A stretch of DNA of 64,000 nt. Origin: Candidatus Poribacteria bacterium. Its GTDB lineage: Bacteria > Poribacteria > WGA-4E > UBA9662. The position numbers and the translations under genes are program-made. Each line of letters opens with the position of its first letter. The first letter of the stretch is position 1. A model generated the notes under the pieces. It did not search any database and had not been told where the DNA came from. It worked only from the letters and a program-made list of their open reading frames with translations. Location of the stretch: the NCBI GenBank assembly GCA_036339735.1, contig JAYZAL010000006.1, forward strand, positions 33,525-97,524. Reading direction: 5' to 3'. Below are positions 46,104 through 55,090 of this stretch, one piece after another.

Positions 46104-47279
46104 ATGAAAAAGTACACCAGCAGAAATTTGCCCGTTGGTTTCGGGACGTTTGTCATGTTTTTGTTTTCATTATGCAGCTCAATATTCTGTACCTCAGCGG
46201 TAGCATCAAAAACGCTGAAAGTTGCCGTGGCAGGTCCATTCACTGGCAGTGTTGCCGCATTTGGTGAAATGATTAAAAAGGGCGCCCAACTACGAGCGCA
46301 AGAAATAAATGAAAGTGGTGGTATTAATGGAAAGCAGCTGGAATTGGTGTTTGAAGATGATACAGGGAAAGATAAAGAAGCAAGTCTGGTTGCTACCCGT
46401 ATTGCTTCTAACCGAAAAATCCTAGCCGTTGTTGGTCACTTCAATAGTTCTTGTTCTTTAGCCGGAAAACCAATATATAAGAGGAATCGGATCGTAGCAC
46501 TGTCCCCAGGATCAACAAATGTCAATGTTTGCAAAGGAAGCGATTACACATTCCGAAATCTTTATCGAGATGATTTTCAGGGGGCCTTTGCTGCTAAATA
46601 CATAAAGACCGTTCTCACTAAAGTTGAAACGGTGGGTGTGTTTTTTGACAATGATGACTATGGCCGAGGGTTACGGGATAGTTTCAAAAAATCAGCCAAT
46701 TCAGTCGGCCTATCAATTGTAGCAGATGAAGCGTACGACCGAGATACTACTGACTATAAAGCCCAATTAACTAAAATCAAATCTGCTAATCCTGATCTGA
46801 TTTTTATCGCTGGCCTGTATAGTCAAGCTGGTCTGATCTTATCTCAAGCTCGAGAATCAGGCATCACCGCTCAGTTCTTTGGTGCAGATGGGGTTGATTC
46901 TCCCAAACTGCTAGAGATAGCTGGGGAATCTGCTAATGGAATTTACATCACCACGCCTTTTATTTTTGGGTTGGAAGGCAATGAAGAAGCTGAACGCGTA
47001 CACGCTGCTTTTAAACAAAAATTTGGTAAATCACCCGATACTTGGGCTGCGCTGACCTATGACGCTATTGGTATGATAGCTGAGGCTATCACCGAAGGTG
47101 GCGAAAAGCGTAAAGCTATCCGAGATTATTTAGGTAATTTGACCTCACCAGAAAAAGGCTACCAGGGTATTACGGGTTTAACTTACTTTGATGAGCATGG
47201 AGATTGTCTCAAACCTGCTTACGTCAAACAAGTTGCTCAAGGCCAATTCATTGCGGCCTCAGTGCAGATGCTTGACTAA
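46104..47279 (+). CDS. livK: Branched-chain amino acid ABC transporter substrate-binding protein
   Basis: AGPFTG, IN..GGING, VVGHFNS and YDA motifs; leads the livHMGF genes. Confidence 0.85.
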   Translation: MKKYTSRNLPVGFGTFVMFLFSLCSSIFCTSAVASKTLKVAVAGPFTGSVAAFGEMIKKGAQLRAQEINESGGINGKQLELVFEDDTGKDKEASLVATRIASNRKILAVVGHFNSSCSLAGKPIYKRNRIVALSPGSTNVNVCKGSDYTFRNLYRDDFQGAFAAKYIKTVLTKVETVGVFFDNDDYGRGLRDSFKKSANSVGLSIVADEAYDRDTTDYKAQLTKIKSANPDLIFIAGLYSQAGLILSQARESGITAQFFGADGVDSPKLLEIAGESANGIYITTPFIFGLEGNEEAERVHAAFKQKFGKSPDTWAALTYDAIGMIAEAITEGGEKRKAIRDYLGNLTSPEKGYQGITGLTYFDEHGDCLKPAYVKQVAQGQFIAASVQMLD

Positions 47280-47354
47280 AATTGAAAAGCAATACCAACG
47301 TAATACCAATTTACTTATGTCAATCAATCAAATCTGATTTTAGCATTCTAACAA

Positions 47355-48245
47355 GTGACATTATTTCTTGAACAAATCATCAATGGCCTCGTGTTAGGTG
47401 GAATTTATGCCTTGATTGCGGTCGGCTATACTATGGTCTATGGCGTGATACAACTTATCAATTTTGCTCACGGTGAGATTTTCATGTTCGGGGCATACTT
47501 TGCTTTTCTTGGTGTGACAGCTTTAAATTTACCACTTTGGTTAGCCTTGGTTCTGAGTATCGTGTTGTGCGCAATGCTGGGAGTTATTATTGATTTGATT
47601 GCATATCGACCTTTGAGAAACGCGCCACGTCTATCTGCTTTAATCACGGCTATTGGAATATCATTGGTTTTGCAAAACGTGGCTCGTATGATCTGGGGGG
47701 CGGAACCGCGCCGCGATTTGGCCAATGCTAAGTCCCAATTTTTGGCACAAACCATTACTATTCCTGGAGGGGCACAATTATCCTATCTCGATTTGTCAAT
47801 TATTGTTTTAGCTGTTTTCTTGATGGCCGGTCTAAACCGACTAATATACCTAACCCGAATAGGTAAAGCTATGCGAGCCTGTGCCCAAGATAAGATGGCA
47901 GCTAGTTTAATGGGTATCAATACTAACAGTGTCATAACGATTACCTTTGCCCTCGGTTCAGGGTTAGGCGCAATTGCTGGCATCATGGTCGGAATGAGGG
48001 AAACAATTGAACCAACAATGGGCTATTACAAAGGTGTAGCTGCTTTTGCAGCAGCCGTATTAGGAGGTATTGGTAATATTACTGGTGCGATGTTAGGTGG
48101 TATTGTGCTTGGAATTGCTGAGGTGCTGGGCGCTGGCTATATTTCCTCTGGCTATCGAATAGCAATAGCCTACATTTTAATGATTTTGGTCATCATCTTT
48201 CGCCCCTCCGGTTTATTAGGCCGAGCTAGCGCTAAGCGAGCTTAA
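47355..48245 (+). CDS. livH: BCAA ABC transporter permease LivH
   Basis: YALIAVGYTMVYGVIQLINFAHGE; AAVLGGIG. Confidence 0.92.
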   Translation: MTLFLEQIINGLVLGGIYALIAVGYTMVYGVIQLINFAHGEIFMFGAYFAFLGVTALNLPLWLALVLSIVLCAMLGVIIDLIAYRPLRNAPRLSALITAIGISLVLQNVARMIWGAEPRRDLANAKSQFLAQTITIPGGAQLSYLDLSIIVLAVFLMAGLNRLIYLTRIGKAMRACAQDKMAASLMGINTNSVITITFALGSGLGAIAGIMVGMRETIEPTMGYYKGVAAFAAAVLGGIGNITGAMLGGIVLGIAEVLGAGYISSGYRIAIAYILMILVIIFRPSGLLGRASAKRA

Positions 48246-48265
48246 CCACCCAAATAATATTCCAT

Positions 48266-49276
48266 ATGCCAAATCGGTCAAATGTATCCGATAACGCCGT
48301 AGGAGAAACTGAGGGTAGAAACCACTTCTTACCTCTCAGCTTACAATTAGCTGGATTGCTATTGGCTCTCTGCTTAGTTCCCCTAGTAACTAACTTCCTC
48401 GATAGGGGCAACTACGTCCTGCATATTTTTTCGACCGTTTATCTGTACATGCTGCTAGCCTTAGGATTGAATGTAGTGACCGGCTTCACTGGTCTACTAG
48501 ATCTAGGCTACGTTGGTTTTTATCTGGTTGGTGGTTATACTGCGGGATTACTCATGGTTCGTATGGGGCTAAGTTATTGGTTTGCTTTACCTATAGCAGC
48601 TATTCATGGAGCGATTTGGGGGCTTTTGCGTGGTGCTCCTACTTTGCGTTTAACTGGCGATTATTTCGCGATTGTAACCTTTGGTTTTTCCGAGTTATTA
48701 TTCCGAATTGTCAAAAATGAAGAATGGTTGATCGGTGGTCCAAATGGTTTTGTTAATGATATTCCTCCACCAGTTATATTGGGCATTGAACTTTATCAGT
48801 ATTGGCAACAGTACTACCATATACTAATCTTACTCCTTGTAACACTCGTAGCTGTTTACAGACTTCAATTTTCAAGGATCGGCCGAGCATGGAGAGCCAT
48901 CAGTCAAGATGAAGAAGCTGCACAAACGATGGGTATTGACCTGTATGAATATAAGTCATTAGCTTTTGCGATTAGTGGAGCAATTGGCGCAGTGGGCGGA
49001 GCGTTCTTTGCCCAATTTCAAGTCAATATTAGTGCAGGTGTCTTTGAGTTTTGGGAATCAATCCTAATCCTTTGTATGATTGTATTAGGTGGGATGGGTA
49101 CGATCAGGGGTTCCTTGGTAGGAGCGGCTATTCTAGGTTCTTTGGGAGAAGTTCTTCGCATTGTATTATCAATTTTGAAACTACCAGCTGACTCACGTTA
49201 TTTGATTTTTGGGATGATATTGGTTTTAATGATGAGGTTTAGACCATCTGGAATCCTGACAGATAACCAAAAGTAG
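48266..49276 (+). CDS. livM: BCAA ABC transporter permease LivM
   Basis: GLLDLGYVGF and LRLTGDYFAIVTFGF motifs. Confidence 0.92.
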   Translation: MPNRSNVSDNAVGETEGRNHFLPLSLQLAGLLLALCLVPLVTNFLDRGNYVLHIFSTVYLYMLLALGLNVVTGFTGLLDLGYVGFYLVGGYTAGLLMVRMGLSYWFALPIAAIHGAIWGLLRGAPTLRLTGDYFAIVTFGFSELLFRIVKNEEWLIGGPNGFVNDIPPPVILGIELYQYWQQYYHILILLLVTLVAVYRLQFSRIGRAWRAISQDEEAAQTMGIDLYEYKSLAFAISGAIGAVGGAFFAQFQVNISAGVFEFWESILILCMIVLGGMGTIRGSLVGAAILGSLGEVLRIVLSILKLPADSRYLIFGMILVLMMRFRPSGILTDNQK

Positions 49277-49286
49277 GTCACAACCT

Positions 49287-50063
49287 ATGGTGAAACCAAT
49301 CTTGGAAATCTTTAGCTTAACCAAAAATTTTGGTGGGGTAGTCGCACTAAATGAAGTTGACTTGAAGGTTATGCCTGGTCAAATTACTAGCTTGATTGGG
49401 CCTAATGGAGCAGGTAAAACAACTTTGTTCAATTGCTTGACTGGGTTGACTTCGTTAACTACTGGTCGAATTCAATTCCAGCAAACTAACATATCTAGTA
49501 TGGCAGCCCATCAGATTACTAGTAGTGGGATTGCTCGCACCTTCCAAAACATTCGGCTATTCTCAGCAATGACAGTTTTAGATAACGTAAAAATTGGTCT
49601 ACATACTCAGTCTAAAGGGTACCTGTGGTCATCTATTAGTCGCAATCTAAACTATAAAAAAGAAGAAGAGCAAATTACAACTAGCGCTTACCAATTACTT
49701 GAGTTTGTCAATCTAGCTCAATTTTCTCACCAGCAAGCTAAAAATCTATCTTATGGAGATCAACGTCGATTAGAGATCGCTCGCGCTTTAGCTACTGAAC
49801 CAAAATTATTACTGTTGGATGAACCGGCAGCTGGTATGAATCCACAAGAGACGAATGAACTAATTCACCTCATTCATAATATCAAAAGTAGAAACATTAC
49901 TATTTTCTTGATAGAACACGATATGAAATTAGTAATGCGAATTTCCGAGTGGATCACAGTTCTAGACTACGGGAAAAAGATTAGTCAAGGCCCACCTGAT
50001 GTTGTCCAATCTGATCCGCTTGTAATTTCAGCTTATTTAGGTCAATCGCTTGACAAACAATAA
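49287..50063 (+). CDS. livG: BCAA ABC transporter ATPase LivG
   Basis: GPNGAGKTT, LSYGDQRRLEIARAL and DEPAAGMN motifs. Confidence 0.92.
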   Translation: MVKPILEIFSLTKNFGGVVALNEVDLKVMPGQITSLIGPNGAGKTTLFNCLTGLTSLTTGRIQFQQTNISSMAAHQITSSGIARTFQNIRLFSAMTVLDNVKIGLHTQSKGYLWSSISRNLNYKKEEEQITTSAYQLLEFVNLAQFSHQQAKNLSYGDQRRLEIARALATEPKLLLLDEPAAGMNPQETNELIHLIHNIKSRNITIFLIEHDMKLVMRISEWITVLDYGKKISQGPPDVVQSDPLVISAYLGQSLDKQ

Positions 50064-50064
50064 A

Positions 50065-50781
50065 ATGAATCATCCAATTTTAGAACTAAATCAAATTCAT
50101 ACTTCTTATAGCAATATAAAAGCGGTGAAGGGCATATCTTTGACCATCCACCATGGTGAGATGGTTTGCCTGATTGGAGCAAATGGTGCAGGTAAATCTA
50201 CCACTCTAATGACAATTTCAGGTGTCTTAAGCCCAGTGTCAGGTTCAATTAAATTTGAGGGGAAAAGTTTAGATAATAAATCTGCAAGCCAAAGGGTGCA
50301 AATAGGTATCTCTCAGGTACCTGAAGGGCGGCATATTTTTCCTGAAATGACAGTACAAGAAAATTTAGAACTAGGCGCTTATATGCAAAGAGACTCGAAA
50401 AAAATATCCCAGGACATAGAATTCGTCTTTTCTGTATTTCCAAGACTCAAAGAACGAAAGATCCAGCGTGGTGGAACACTTAGTGGAGGAGAACAGCAGA
50501 TGTTAGCAATTGGTCGAGCTGTAATGTCCAAGCCAAAACTCTTGCTACTTGATGAACCTTCTTTGGGACTTGCCCCACTGATTGTAGAACAAATATTTGA
50601 GATAATCCAGAAGATTAACGAAAATGGAACTACTGTATTGCTCGTAGAACAGAATGCAAATTTAGCACTGACTGTTACTAATAGAGGTTATGTAATGGAG
50701 ACAGGTCACATTACCATGGAAGGTAATTCCAAGGACCTAATTGCTAACGAAAAGATACGTGCTGCTTATCTTGGAGAGTGA
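50065..50781 (+). CDS. livF: BCAA ABC transporter ATPase LivF
   Basis: GANGAGKST, LSGGEQQMLA and DEPSLGLAP motifs. Confidence 0.92.
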   Translation: MNHPILELNQIHTSYSNIKAVKGISLTIHHGEMVCLIGANGAGKSTTLMTISGVLSPVSGSIKFEGKSLDNKSASQRVQIGISQVPEGRHIFPEMTVQENLELGAYMQRDSKKISQDIEFVFSVFPRLKERKIQRGGTLSGGEQQMLAIGRAVMSKPKLLLLDEPSLGLAPLIVEQIFEIIQKINENGTTVLLVEQNANLALTVTNRGYVMETGHITMEGNSKDLIANEKIRAAYLGE

Positions 50782-50859
50782 TTCAGATAGATAGTTTTTG
50801 GTGAAGACTAAATTCAATTGAATCTAACTAGAATCAAACAAAACAGGAGTAAAAACTCG

Positions 50860-51861
50860 ATGTCTGAGAGAATAAAAGTCTTAGTTACAGATTATGCCTG
50901 GTCGACATTAGAACCCGAACGAAATATTTTAAGCTCAATCGGAGCGGATCTAATTGTTGCAGAAGATGAATTGGAAACCACCTTTGTTAAACACGCACCT
51001 AATGTAGACGCCATTTTAACCAACTGGGCCAAGGTCTCAACCCGTGTAATTGAATCAGCAATCAAATGCCAAGTCATAGTCAGGTACGGAATTGGACTAG
51101 ACAATATTGATGTGGAGACAGCCACAGGGTTGGGTATTACAGTTGTAAATGTTCCCACCTATTGCCTAGAAGAAGTGTCTGATCATGCTATGGCTCTGAT
51201 ATTGAGTTTGGCTCGAAAGATACCTAGACTCGATCAAGAAGTCAAAAAAAGGGGATGGGACCGAAATATAGGACCGCAGATGTATCGTCTGCGCGGCCAG
51301 CAATTGGGATTGATTGGTTTTGGTAAAATTGCCCAACTGATAGTTCCAAAAGCCCAAGGTTTTGGCTTGAAAGTGATGGCCTACTCACCGACACTAACAG
51401 ATGAAAGGGTTGAGGAATTTAACGTGCAACGCATGGATTTAGAAAAACTAGTTACGACTTCGGATTTTATTTCTCTTAACTGTCCATTGACTCCGCAAAC
51501 GCACCATCTCATTAATACCCATCGGCTACAATCTATGAAGTCAACGGCTTACCTCATCAACACTGCAAGGGGAGATATAATTGACAATAACGCCCTATAT
51601 GAGGCCTTAAATAAAGGTTGGATTGCTGGTGCAGGATTGGATGTCTTACCTGAAGAACCCCCCTCACCTGATCTCAACTTGTTAGATTTAGATAATGCCA
51701 TCATCACTCCTCATGCAGCCTTTTGGTCAGAAGAATCTATTTACGACTTACAAGTAACAGCAGCCGAAGAAGTTGTACGAGTACTGACCTCCCAAATGCC
51801 GCTTTCACTGATGAACCCCGAAGTTTTACAAAACCCAAATCTTCGGGCTAAAATCGAATAA
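50860..51861 (+). CDS. D-isomer-specific 2-hydroxyacid dehydrogenase (CtBP-like)
   Basis: GLIGFGKIA, INTARG and TPHAAFWS motifs; AGGAG before ATG 50860. Confidence 0.88.
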   Translation: MSERIKVLVTDYAWSTLEPERNILSSIGADLIVAEDELETTFVKHAPNVDAILTNWAKVSTRVIESAIKCQVIVRYGIGLDNIDVETATGLGITVVNVPTYCLEEVSDHAMALILSLARKIPRLDQEVKKRGWDRNIGPQMYRLRGQQLGLIGFGKIAQLIVPKAQGFGLKVMAYSPTLTDERVEEFNVQRMDLEKLVTTSDFISLNCPLTPQTHHLINTHRLQSMKSTAYLINTARGDIIDNNALYEALNKGWIAGAGLDVLPEEPPSPDLNLLDLDNAIITPHAAFWSEESIYDLQVTAAEEVVRVLTSQMPLSLMNPEVLQNPNLRAKIE

Positions 51862-51869
51862 CCACGATC

Positions 51870-52688
51870 GTGAAATCGTTTAGAGGACGGACCGTTTTGG
51901 TAACGGGAGCTTCATCTGGAATTGGCGAAGCTTTTTGCCGAAATTTAGCCAAGCGGGGATCTAATCTGATTTTAGTTGCACGGTCGGCCGACAAATTGGA
52001 ACATCTTGCGGAAACACTGTCTTATCAGCATAATGTTGACTTTTCCTGTATTCCTATTGACTTAGCGAAGGTAAATAGCTCCCAAGATCTATTTGACCAA
52101 GTTCAAGATGCTGGTTTATCTGTTGATGTATTAATTAACAATGCTGGCTTTGGATATTGGGGGAACTTTGAGTTTGCTAACTTGCAGGACTACCAGAATA
52201 TGGTTAACCTAAATGTTCGATCTATGGTTAGTCTGAGCTATCTATTTTTACCATCTATGTTGGAAAAAAAATGTGGTGGTATTATAAACGTTGGCTCAGT
52301 AGTTGGCTACCAACCAGTCCCATATGGTTCAGTTTATGTAGGTACAAAAGCCTTTGTGTTACAGTATTCTGAATCTCTATGGGGAGAATATAGACAAAAA
52401 GGGATCACAGTAACAGCTTTATGTCCAGGTACAACGAAGACAAATTTTTTCAATGTCTCGATTCCTGATCAACAATTACGCGAGTCGCGAATGCTGAGCA
52501 TGCAACAGGGCCAAAGCCCTGATTTTGTAGCTGAAGTTGGCCTTAACCAATTTCTAAAAGGAAAAAGCCAAGCTATCCCTGGTAAAGTTAATTACTTAGT
52601 CGCTCAGGGATCTCAGTTATTATTATTAGTAGCTCGTAGAGTAGCGATAAGGATAGCAGCCTCATTGTTTGATCCTAAAAAAGATTAG
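51870..52688 (+). CDS. Short-chain dehydrogenase/reductase
   Basis: TGASSGIG, NNAG and YVGTK motifs. Confidence 0.9.
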   Translation: MKSFRGRTVLVTGASSGIGEAFCRNLAKRGSNLILVARSADKLEHLAETLSYQHNVDFSCIPIDLAKVNSSQDLFDQVQDAGLSVDVLINNAGFGYWGNFEFANLQDYQNMVNLNVRSMVSLSYLFLPSMLEKKCGGIINVGSVVGYQPVPYGSVYVGTKAFVLQYSESLWGEYRQKGITVTALCPGTTKTNFFNVSIPDQQLRESRMLSMQQGQSPDFVAEVGLNQFLKGKSQAIPGKVNYLVAQGSQLLLLVARRVAIRIAASLFDPKKD

Positions 52689-52697
52689 TACCCAGCT

Positions 52698-52726
52698 TTG
52701 ATTCAGTGAGAGCTGTATGCTAAAAT
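52698..52726 (+). promoter_or_regulatory. Sigma70 promoter for nadB
   Basis: TTGATT, 17 bp spacer, TAAAAT with extended -10 TG. Confidence 0.55.
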
Positions 52727-52777
52727 ACGCGACCATTACCTAACCCACAAAAATGGATTCCTGAAGCAAGTAAAACA

Positions 52778-54412
52778 ATGAATTACCGATACCAGCTATC
52801 ATTTGATACGGATCAACTTCCTTCCATGGAGACTGACTTTCTGGTAATTGGAAGTGGTAGCGCGGGGATGCGTTGCGCTATTGAGGCCAACCAGCATGGC
52901 AAGGTATTGCTAGTAACAAAGAACATTATCAAAGAAAGTAACACACGCTATGCACAAGGCGGTATCGCAGCAGCAATGGGTGAAGATGATCATCTCGACC
53001 TTCATGTTGAAGATACTCTTGATGCTGGTGCTGGTCTTTGTGATCCTGCAGCGGTAGCAGTCATGGTTGAGGAAGGAGTCACACGTGTCAAAGAACTCAT
53101 TGAGTGGGGTGTCAAATTTGATAAAGACGATGAAGAAAAACTTAGCTTTACACAAGAAGGAGCACACCAAAAGCGTCGTGTTTTACATCGTGGTGACGAA
53201 ACGGGAAAAGAAACAACCGATGTTTTGGTAGATCACTTAAAACGTCAAGAACAAATCCAAGTTATCGAAAATTGTTTTGTCCTAGACTTGCTGACCAAAG
53301 ACGGCGTTTGCTATGGTGTCCTAGCTGTAATTGATCAAATCCTTCATGCTATTTTTGCCAAAGCTACTATTCTTTCAACCGGTGGCCTAGGCCACATTTA
53401 TCAGTGTACGTCAAACCCAAGGATTGCTACAGGAGATGGCTACGCTATTGCTTGGCGGGCGGGTTGTGAAATGGTAGACATGGAGTTTGTACAATTTCAC
53501 CCAACCACACTTTTTTTGGCTGGTGCGCCACATTTCCTAATTTCTGAGGCAGTACGAGGAGAAGGTGGCATTCTGCTTAACGCGCGAGGGGAAGTTTTTA
53601 TGGGTAAATATCATCCAATGGAAGAACTTGCACCACGAGATATAGTTAGCCGATCAATCCTAGCAGAAATGGAGTTAACAGACTTTCCTTGTGTTTACTT
53701 AGATATAACCCATCACAAAGAAGATTTTATCAGAAAACGTTTTCCCAAAATCTATCAAACTTGTGCTCATTACGGTTTAAACATTTCTACCGACGTCATA
53801 CCTGTTCGTTCGGGAGCTCATTTCATGATGGGCGGAATTTCTACCAATCTATTTGCGGAGACTAACGTATTAGGTTTTTTTGCTTGTGGGGAAGCCGCCT
53901 GCACGAAGGTTCACGGCGCGAATCGGTTAGCTAGTAACTCACTCTTAGAATGCCTAGTATTTGGTGTTAGAGCGGCACAAGCTGCTAACCGTTATATTAA
54001 TCAGCAAGATATAAAACCTGTTAGACTTCAATTTAAACGAATGAATTCACCCAAAAATGAGAAGAATCTAGATTCCCAAACAGCTAGAGATACTCTGCAA
54101 GCTCTAATGTGGAAGCACGTTGGTATCATTCGAGATGGCAAAGATTTGGCTAAAGTCGAGCAATTATTAGACCAAATTGACGCTGACCTATCTCAGGAAA
54201 ATGAGGCTGACATACTTGATTTCGAGATCCAGAATATGCTAGACGTAGCTAAGTTGATCACTAAGTCAGCAATACAACGAACAGAAAGTCGAGGTGGACA
54301 TTATCGACGAGACTTTCCTGAACGAGAGGACGAAAATTGGGCCAAGCACGTCTATATATGGGCGGAACATACTTCTGAAGGTCTGATCCAATTAGCCAAA
54401 GAAGTTCGGTAA
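52778..54412 (+). CDS. nadB: L-aspartate oxidase
   Basis: AQGGIAA, EFVQFHPT, LISEAVRGEG and HGANRLASNSLLE motifs. Confidence 0.93.
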   Translation: MNYRYQLSFDTDQLPSMETDFLVIGSGSAGMRCAIEANQHGKVLLVTKNIIKESNTRYAQGGIAAAMGEDDHLDLHVEDTLDAGAGLCDPAAVAVMVEEGVTRVKELIEWGVKFDKDDEEKLSFTQEGAHQKRRVLHRGDETGKETTDVLVDHLKRQEQIQVIENCFVLDLLTKDGVCYGVLAVIDQILHAIFAKATILSTGGLGHIYQCTSNPRIATGDGYAIAWRAGCEMVDMEFVQFHPTTLFLAGAPHFLISEAVRGEGGILLNARGEVFMGKYHPMEELAPRDIVSRSILAEMELTDFPCVYLDITHHKEDFIRKRFPKIYQTCAHYGLNISTDVIPVRSGAHFMMGGISTNLFAETNVLGFFACGEAACTKVHGANRLASNSLLECLVFGVRAAQAANRYINQQDIKPVRLQFKRMNSPKNEKNLDSQTARDTLQALMWKHVGIIRDGKDLAKVEQLLDQIDADLSQENEADILDFEIQNMLDVAKLITKSAIQRTESRGGHYRRDFPEREDENWAKHVYIWAEHTSEGLIQLAKEVR

Positions 54413-54445
54413 ATTTAATTATCAGAATTTGACATTTAAAAAGCG

Positions 54446-54730
54446 ATGAGAACCTTAATTCTGCTTGCTATTTTGTTAGCCGCTTTTGCTCTGGTAAGTC
54501 CAGTAGCTCAAACGGCGCTGAGTATCTTTTTAGCAGTTGTCTTTACCGTTGTATTATTTCTGTCTATTTTTTCGGACTTAAATGATCTTTCCTACCAGCA
54601 AAAGAAAAAAGATTCTTTGAACGAAGAGACTGGCATCACTGAATTAAGTATTCCAACGGTAACAGAGGAAGCTGATGCCATTGTTGCTGAGGTGAACTCA
54701 ACGCCTGCGGACAGGACAAACACCCAATAA
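54446..54730 (+). CDS. Small hypothetical membrane protein with an acidic tail
   Basis: Two hydrophobic segments followed by an E/D/T-rich C-terminus; 33 nt after nadB. Confidence 0.6.
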   Translation: MRTLILLAILLAAFALVSPVAQTALSIFLAVVFTVVLFLSIFSDLNDLSYQQKKKDSLNEETGITELSIPTVTEEADAIVAEVNSTPADRTNTQ

Positions 54731-55090
54731 TAGTCAAATTAGAACATACTTTTCGGATCACTTATAAGACCATATCGCATCAAAGAATGGCATAGTTTTT
54801 TCTGTGGTTCAGTAAGTGGTAACAAAATGTTTGCCCTGAAAAGGCCTCAGGGTGAAACTGAATCTGGTTTCAGACCATTTTACTCCGCTCTGCATGATCA
54901 GAAAAAGCCTTAAGTATGCTGATTATCCCGTCATAGATAGTGAGATGTATGCGTTCCTATCCGTGAATTCTTGATATAAACAGGCAAAAAGCTATACATC
55001 TCAAAAACGTGTGACCATTTTCAGTCTCGTAGCTTTACAATATGTTCGTCAGATGATGTCTCTACTTGAGACTTTTTAATAGGTAGATGC

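Noticed and set aside
54824-54881. Hammerhead ribozyme or c-di-GMP-I riboswitch
   Set aside because: It has CTGAAAA rather than the CUGANGA core. The minus-strand GGCAAAC lacks the downstream GNRA stem and GCAAAG elements.
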